Source: Promethearchaeia archaeon
Lineage (GTDB): Archaea > Asgardarchaeota > Lokiarchaeia > Sigyniarchaeales > SOKP01
DNA length: 64,000 nucleotides
Reading direction: 5' to 3'
Assembly: GCA_029856145.1 (NCBI GenBank)
Contig: JAHQWK010000001.1
Location: 416,001-480,000 of the forward strand
The notes below the pieces were generated by a model. The model did no database searches. It saw nothing but the letters and a program-made list of their open reading frames with translations, and had not been told where the DNA came from. Of this stretch, positions 58,386 through 64,000 are shown one piece after another. The position numbers and the translations under genes were made by a program. The number at the start of each line of letters is the position of its first letter. The stretch's first letter is position 1.

Positions 58386-61259
58386 ATGACTGAAAACTCA
58401 ATTATAATAAAAGGAGCAAGGCAGAATAATCTAAAAAACATTGATGTTGTAATCCCACGCAATAAACTAGTAGTTATTACAGGGATTAGTGGAAGTGGAA
58501 AAAGTAGTTTGGCAATGGACACTTTATATGCAGAAGGCCAACGAAGATTTCTTGAGTCACTATCAAGTTATGCTAGACAATTTCTAGGTGAAATGGATAA
58601 ACCTGATGTAGATTCAATAGAAGGATTATCTCCTGCTATAGCAATAGAACAAAAATCTCTTTCCAAAAATCCCCGAAGTACAGTAGGAACTGTAACAGAG
58701 ATATATGATTATTACAGATTACTATTCGCTAATATTGGCATCCCATATTGCCCCAATTGTGGAAAAGAGATAAAACTTCAAACTCCTCAACAAATAATTC
58801 AACAAGTATTAAGTTCTATAAAAGAAAATCAAAAATTTATTGTTAAAGCACCTGTGATTCGAGATAGAAAAGGAGAATATAAGGAACTTTTAAAAGATTT
58901 AAAGAAGCAAGGTTATGTTAGAATAGAAGTAGATGGTATTCAATATACATTAGATGAAGAAATCTCAATGGAAAAGAATGTGAAACATAATATTAATGTT
59001 GTTATAGACAGATTAGTAATGCATAAAGATATAAAGACAAGGTTGGCTGATTCTATTGAAGTAGCATTGGATTTAACCGAGGGGATAGTTATTATTGAGA
59101 TTGTTGAAAAGGGAGAACAAATATATTCTGAACATCTTGCTTGCGTTGATTGTGGTTTATCCTTTCCTCCGTTAGATCATAAAATGTTTTCATTTAACAT
59201 TCCTCATGGAAGCTGTAAATATTGTAGTGGTTTAGGTAATGTTATGGAATTTGATTATGGATTATTTTTAGGAAATGATTTAGATGTTCCGCTAGAGGAG
59301 ACTCCTATTAGAGATATTCCGGGATTTGGATCTCTAAACGGCTATTCTTGGCAAACAATAGTACAAGTTGCCAAGCATTATGGATTTGACACTGATAAGA
59401 CACCAATTAAAAACATTGACCCAACAAAACTTCATAAAATCTTATATGGTTCTGAAAACGAATCAATTGATTTTCATTTTGAGAGTGATAATAATGACCA
59501 CAAAAATCATAATGGAGAATTTAAATCTTCTTGGCAAGTTGTAAAGCCTTTCGAAGGAATAATACCTATACTACACAGGAGATATATGGAAACTCGTTCA
59601 GATTGGGCTCGTGATGTTTATGAAAGTTTTATGAATCGGATAAATTGTCCTCAGTGTAAGGGGCAAAAATTAAAACCAGAAAGTTTAGCAGTAACAGTTA
59701 ACAAACTCAATATCGCTGAATTATCTGCACTATATGTAAAAGATTCTCTAAAATTTTTTAAAGAATTACAATTAAATGAAACTGAAAAGAAAATAGTTAA
59801 AGAAGTATTAAAAGAAATATTTGATAGATTATCTTTCCTTGAAAATGTTGGTCTAGATTATATTTCATTAAACCGTCGTTCAGATACTTTATCTGTTGGA
59901 GAAGCAGAAAGAATTCGGTTAGCTACTCAATTAGGATCTAGCCTAGTAGGAGTATTATACGTTTTGGATGAACCTAGTATAGGTCTTCATCAAAGAGATA
60001 TCAATCGTCTTATCAATATGCTAAAAAAATTAAGAGATTTAGGAAATACAGTTATTGTAGTTGAACATGATGAGGCAATAATGCGTAATGCAGATCACAT
60101 AATAGATTTAGGCCCTTTAGCTGGTGAACAAGGTGGAGAAGTTGTTGCTGAAGGGTCTATAGAAATTATTATTAATTCAAAGACTTTAACAGGAGAGTAT
60201 TTATCAGGAAAAAGAAAAATTCTAAATCCAAAAAATAGACGTAAAATTAGTAAAGAATTTATTGAAATATTAGGAGCAGAAGAAAATAATTTAAAAGATA
60301 TTAATGTTAAAATTCCTCTGGGTTTATTTACTTGCATAACAGGAGTTTCAGGGGCTGGAAAAACTAGCTTGATTATAGATTGTTTATATAACGGTCTCCA
60401 TAATTTAATAAATACTCGAAGTTCAAAAGTTAATGAAGGGAAATTTGATAAAATAATAGGATATGAGAAAATAGATAAAATTATTAATATTGATCAATCC
60501 CCTATAGGAAGAACTCCAAGATCAGTCCCTGCTACTTATACAAAAGCACTAGATTATATAAGAGAAATTTTTGCCGGATTACCAGAATCTAGAGAAAGGG
60601 GATATAAGAAAGGTAGATTTAGTTTTAATACAAAATATGGCCATTGTAAGAAGTGTAAAGGTACAGGCTATATCTTGAAAGAAATGTATTTCTTACCCGA
60701 CGTGTATATAAGATGTGATTTATGCTATGGTAAAAGATATAATGCTGAAACATTAGAGATTAAATATCGTGAAAAATCGATCTATGATATTTTGAAAATG
60801 ACTTTCCATCAAGCTTTAGAATTTTTTGATAGTATTCCAAATTTAAAAAGAACAATCAAAACAGTAGTGGATGTTGGTTTGGGTTATTTAGAATTAGGGC
60901 AATCTTCGACTACTCTGAGTGGAGGAGAATCACAACGCTTAAAAATCGCTAGAGAATTAAGAAAAACAAGTACAGGAAACACACTCTATATCTTGGATGA
61001 GCCCACAACTGGTCTTAGCTCTTTTGATATTAATTATCTACTAAAAGTTCTTCAAAAATTGGTAGATAAAGGTAATACAGTAATTATTATTGAACATAAT
61101 ATGGAGGTTATAAAATCTGTCGATTTTATTATCGATCTTGGTCCTGAAGGTGGTGAAAAAGGAGGTAAAATTGTAGTAAAGGGAACACCCGAAGAAATTA
61201 TTAGAAATGATAATTCCTTTACTGCTCAATATTTAAAACCGTATCTCAACAGCAATTAA
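58386..61259 (+). CDS. uvrA: Excinuclease ABC subunit A
   Basis: GAR.NNLKN, two ABC cassettes (GSGKSS; GAGKTS; LSGGE), Zn fingers, DQSPIGRTPRS. ATG 58386. Confidence 0.98.
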   Translation: MTENSIIIKGARQNNLKNIDVVIPRNKLVVITGISGSGKSSLAMDTLYAEGQRRFLESLSSYARQFLGEMDKPDVDSIEGLSPAIAIEQKSLSKNPRSTVGTVTEIYDYYRLLFANIGIPYCPNCGKEIKLQTPQQIIQQVLSSIKENQKFIVKAPVIRDRKGEYKELLKDLKKQGYVRIEVDGIQYTLDEEISMEKNVKHNINVVIDRLVMHKDIKTRLADSIEVALDLTEGIVIIEIVEKGEQIYSEHLACVDCGLSFPPLDHKMFSFNIPHGSCKYCSGLGNVMEFDYGLFLGNDLDVPLEETPIRDIPGFGSLNGYSWQTIVQVAKHYGFDTDKTPIKNIDPTKLHKILYGSENESIDFHFESDNNDHKNHNGEFKSSWQVVKPFEGIIPILHRRYMETRSDWARDVYESFMNRINCPQCKGQKLKPESLAVTVNKLNIAELSALYVKDSLKFFKELQLNETEKKIVKEVLKEIFDRLSFLENVGLDYISLNRRSDTLSVGEAERIRLATQLGSSLVGVLYVLDEPSIGLHQRDINRLINMLKKLRDLGNTVIVVEHDEAIMRNADHIIDLGPLAGEQGGEVVAEGSIEIIINSKTLTGEYLSGKRKILNPKNRRKISKEFIEILGAEENNLKDINVKIPLGLFTCITGVSGAGKTSLIIDCLYNGLHNLINTRSSKVNEGKFDKIIGYEKIDKIINIDQSPIGRTPRSVPATYTKALDYIREIFAGLPESRERGYKKGRFSFNTKYGHCKKCKGTGYILKEMYFLPDVYIRCDLCYGKRYNAETLEIKYREKSIYDILKMTFHQALEFFDSIPNLKRTIKTVVDVGLGYLELGQSSTTLSGGESQRLKIARELRKTSTGNTLYILDEPTTGLSSFDINYLLKVLQKLVDKGNTVIIIEHNMEVIKSVDFIIDLGPEGGEKGGKIVVKGTPEEIIRNDNSFTAQYLKPYLNSN

Positions 61260-61384
61260 TTTTCAATTTTTCCTTAATAATTTCTTAAGTTTTAAAATAA
61301 AATTCTAAACTTATGGTAAATAATTTTATACTATAAGTATTCTAAGGTTATGTGATAAGTATGAATTGAGGTTCGTGATAGAAA

Positions 61385-63190
61385 ATGACTATTGATGAAA
61401 AAAAGATAATCAGAGCGCCTATAGTTTGTATTTTAGGACATATAGACCACGGAAAAACCACTATCCTGGATTATATTAGAGGTACTGTAGTCCAGCAAAG
61501 AGAAGCTGCAGGAATCACCCAACATATTGGTGCTTCTTATTTTCCAACTGGAGATATAAAAGAATTTTTAAGAAAATCTAAACAAGAATTTGCTGAAAAA
61601 GAAATTAAGCTTCCAGGATTATTAGTTGTAGACACACCAGGTCATGCAGCCTTTATGAATCTAAGAAAAAGAGGAGGTGCGGTAGCAGATATTGCAATTT
61701 TAGTTATAGACGTCACCGCTGGAACGATGCCTATAACTTGGGAATCTCTTCGGATTTTAAGAGAGAGAAAAACACCTTTTGTCATTGCTGCTAATAAAAT
61801 AGATAGAATTTCTGGATGGAAATCAAAAAAAGACGCTGATTTTCTCGATTCTTATAAATCACAAAAACCACATGTTAAAGATTTCTTAGATGAAAAAATA
61901 TTAGGGATAATTGGAAATTTCTTAGAGGAAGGGTCTAAAGGAATCGATAGATATGATAAAATAAAAGATTTTACTAAAAAAATAGCAATTGTACCCACTA
62001 GTGGAAAAACAGGTGAAGGAATTTCAACATTATTAATGATTTTAATGGGATTAGTCCAGCAATATTTAACTACAAATCTTAAATATTCTGAAGGATCTGC
62101 TAAAGGAGTTGTGTTAGAAGTTAAAAAGGAGAAAGGTCAAGGAAAAACAATAGATGTCCTTATATACGATGGTCTTATTAATAAAGGTGACGAGTTTATT
62201 GTTGGGGGATTAGAAAAACCTATTAAATCAAAAGTAAGAGCACTATTAATTCCTAAACCTTTAGATGAAATACGAGACCCTAGACAAAAGTTTGATTCTG
62301 TTGATGTTATTAGTGCTGCTGCTGGTTTTAAAATTCTTGCTCCAAATATAGACGATGTTGTAGCTGGGTCTCCATTTAGAGGCATTTTAGATCCCTCAGA
62401 AGAGGAAGATGTATATAGAGAAGTTGAATCTGAAGTAGAAAGTATTAGGATAAAAACTGATAAAGCGGGAGTTGTCTTAAAAGCAGATACTTTAGGTTCA
62501 CTAGAAGCTCTCGAAAATCACTTTACCAAGAATGGTGTAAAAATCAGTATTGCTGATGTTGGACCAATAAAAAAAGAAGACATAATTAATGCTAACATTG
62601 TTAAACAATTAGACCCATATTCTGCAACTGTTCTAGGATTTAATGTTCCTATATTACCTGAAGCTAATGAACAAGCTATTAAAGATAATATAAGAATTTT
62701 CACGAATAATGTGATATATCGATTATTAGAAGATTATATCGAATATGCAGAAACGAGAAAAGCAGAAGATACAGCTAAAGGGTTAAGTGAACTTACATTA
62801 CCTGCAAAAATGAAAATGTTTCCGGATTTTATATTTCGAAATTCAGATCCCGCTGTTTTTGGTGTATATGTTGAAGCTGGGACATTATACCCAAAAGTCC
62901 AATTAATAACTGATAAGGGTAAAAAGGTTAGAAGAGTACATCAAATTCAAGACAAAGGGCAAACGCTCGAAAAAGCACCTAAAGATTCAGAAGTCGCAAT
63001 CTCTATTCGCGGAATTGAAATTGGTCGAGATATAGAAAAAGATGAAACACTATTTGTTAATGTTCCAGAATCTCATGTTAGGCAATTAATGGGAAAGTTT
63101 ATAGATGAACTTTCTACAGATCAAAAACAAGCTTTAAGAGAATTCATTACTTTAATGAGAACCCATACTCATCCTTGGTGGGGAATGTAA
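61385..63190 (+). CDS. infB: Translation initiation factor aIF5B (IF-2)
   Basis: GHIDHGKT, GITQHIGA, DTPGH.AF.NLR.RGG, NKID, KADTLGSLEAL, C-terminal WG. Confidence 0.97.
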   Translation: MTIDEKKIIRAPIVCILGHIDHGKTTILDYIRGTVVQQREAAGITQHIGASYFPTGDIKEFLRKSKQEFAEKEIKLPGLLVVDTPGHAAFMNLRKRGGAVADIAILVIDVTAGTMPITWESLRILRERKTPFVIAANKIDRISGWKSKKDADFLDSYKSQKPHVKDFLDEKILGIIGNFLEEGSKGIDRYDKIKDFTKKIAIVPTSGKTGEGISTLLMILMGLVQQYLTTNLKYSEGSAKGVVLEVKKEKGQGKTIDVLIYDGLINKGDEFIVGGLEKPIKSKVRALLIPKPLDEIRDPRQKFDSVDVISAAAGFKILAPNIDDVVAGSPFRGILDPSEEEDVYREVESEVESIRIKTDKAGVVLKADTLGSLEALENHFTKNGVKISIADVGPIKKEDIINANIVKQLDPYSATVLGFNVPILPEANEQAIKDNIRIFTNNVIYRLLEDYIEYAETRKAEDTAKGLSELTLPAKMKMFPDFIFRNSDPAVFGVYVEAGTLYPKVQLITDKGKKVRRVHQIQDKGQTLEKAPKDSEVAISIRGIEIGRDIEKDETLFVNVPESHVRQLMGKFIDELSTDQKQALREFITLMRTHTHPWWGM

Positions 63191-63197
63191 AATCCTT

Positions 63198-64000
63198 TTA
63201 TTTATTTTCTAGTTCTTCTTTTAGAAATCCTTCAATCTCTCCTAATTCTTCTTCATCTAGCGGTTTTATTTTTGGATGACGTATTAAATCTTTAATATGT
63301 TTAAAATATTTTAGAGCTTCTTTATCCTTACCTTTATCTTTCAGATCTAAACCAATATAAATAAAACTCCATCGATACCATGCAGAGTGTCTAGGGGTAA
63401 AATCAGTAATATCGATATCAAAATCACGAAATTTTTCTATATAGTTTATAGATTCTTCAATAAAAGATATATCATTCAATACTAAGTTATGCCCTAATAT
63501 TATTACTTTTGTATCAAAATTACAGTAATTTTGAAGCGTAATTAAATATCTGTCGATTCTATGCCATGTTAAAAAAGGTAATGGATCAACTAGGTTGTCT
63601 CCAACATATAAAACTTTATCTAGTTGATCGTAACAACTAGCAGAGTCTTCTGAATGCCCTGGGCTATAGAAGAATTCCACATTATCTTGAGGAAACACCA
63701 TTCTTTCTTGAAAAATAATAGTAGGATATGCAATACTTTTATCTTTTAGTCTGGCTTTTTTTTCTTTTTTGATTCTTTCCATTGTTTGTACCATGTTTGC
63801 CCGACATGATATATGACTAATGATCTGAGCAGTTTCAAATACACCATTGCCTCCAATATGATCCATATGAAAGTGTGAATTAAATATTATGATCGGTTTT
63901 GAAAGAAGATTTTTATCTTTTAAGTAATCCTTAAGCATAATCATCTGTTCTTTCTCTATACCCGTATCACAGATAAAAAGGTGATTTTTTCCATTTATAA
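63198..64000 (-). CDS. Metallo-beta-lactamase-fold hydrolase, 5'-truncated by window edge
   Basis: SHFHMDHIGGN, PGHS.D, GD, GH. Frame stays open to 64000 with ..FICDTG.. upstream of the predicted start. Confidence 0.88.
   Translation of the reverse strand, partial: INGKNHLFICDTGIEKEQMIMLKDYLKDKNLLSKPIIIFNSHFHMDHIGGNGVFETAQIISHISCRANMVQTMERIKKEKKARLKDKSIAYPTIIFQERMVFPQDNVEFFYSPGHSEDSASCYDQLDKVLYVGDNLVDPLPFLTWHRIDRYLITLQNYCNFDTKVIILGHNLVLNDISFIEESINYIEKFRDFDIDITDFTPRHSAWYRWSFIYIGLDLKDKGKDKEALKYFKHIKDLIRHPKIKPLDEEELGEIEGFLKEELENK

Noticed and set aside
1-64000. tRNA, rRNA, CRISPR arrays, IS elements, inteins (checked rpo1N, rpo1C, rfcS, infB)
   Set aside because: No GC-rich structural RNA islands, regularly spaced repeats or transposase motifs were seen by eye, and those proteins are colinear at normal length. 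Small C/D or H/ACA RNAs cannot be excluded without Infernal.

Overview
AT-rich archaeal chromosome segment, most likely an Asgard archaeon of the Lokiarchaeia/Promethearchaeia. This is inferred from three Rab/Arf-like small GTPases, a roadblock-domain protein, a eukaryote-type SECIS, a Loki-CTERM-like peptide and a eukaryote-like STT3. Most of the window is informational core: pus10-rpl21e-rpo4-DUF655-rsmA-hemK; rpo1N-rpo1C-rpl30e-nusA-rps12-rps7; rpl44e-rps27e; tfs; rpa3/pcn-priL-priS-gins15; eif2a-nop10; tuf; csl4-rpo11; eno; rfcS; truA; aglB; uvrB-uvrA; infB. It also carries a histone, AOR, pyrB, GH57 and transporters. I saw no tRNA, rRNA, CRISPR array, transposase or intein. Items the ORF track misses: (1) a Prx-like selenoprotein (in-frame UGA in a UxxC motif) with a eukaryote-like SECIS straddling its stop codon; (2) four genes, including ribosomal proteins eL21 and uS12, that appear to start at AUA or GUU 6-7 nt after an SD motif; (3) two micro-ORFs. 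Notable architectures are a nucleoside/nucleotide kinase ending in a PCNA PIP box, a wHTH-ATP-cone-inactive NrdD protein, an AglB/STT3 with five extra repeated beta-modules, and a roadblock protein with a motif-rich acidic tail. All calls come from manual motif reading; no database searches were run.
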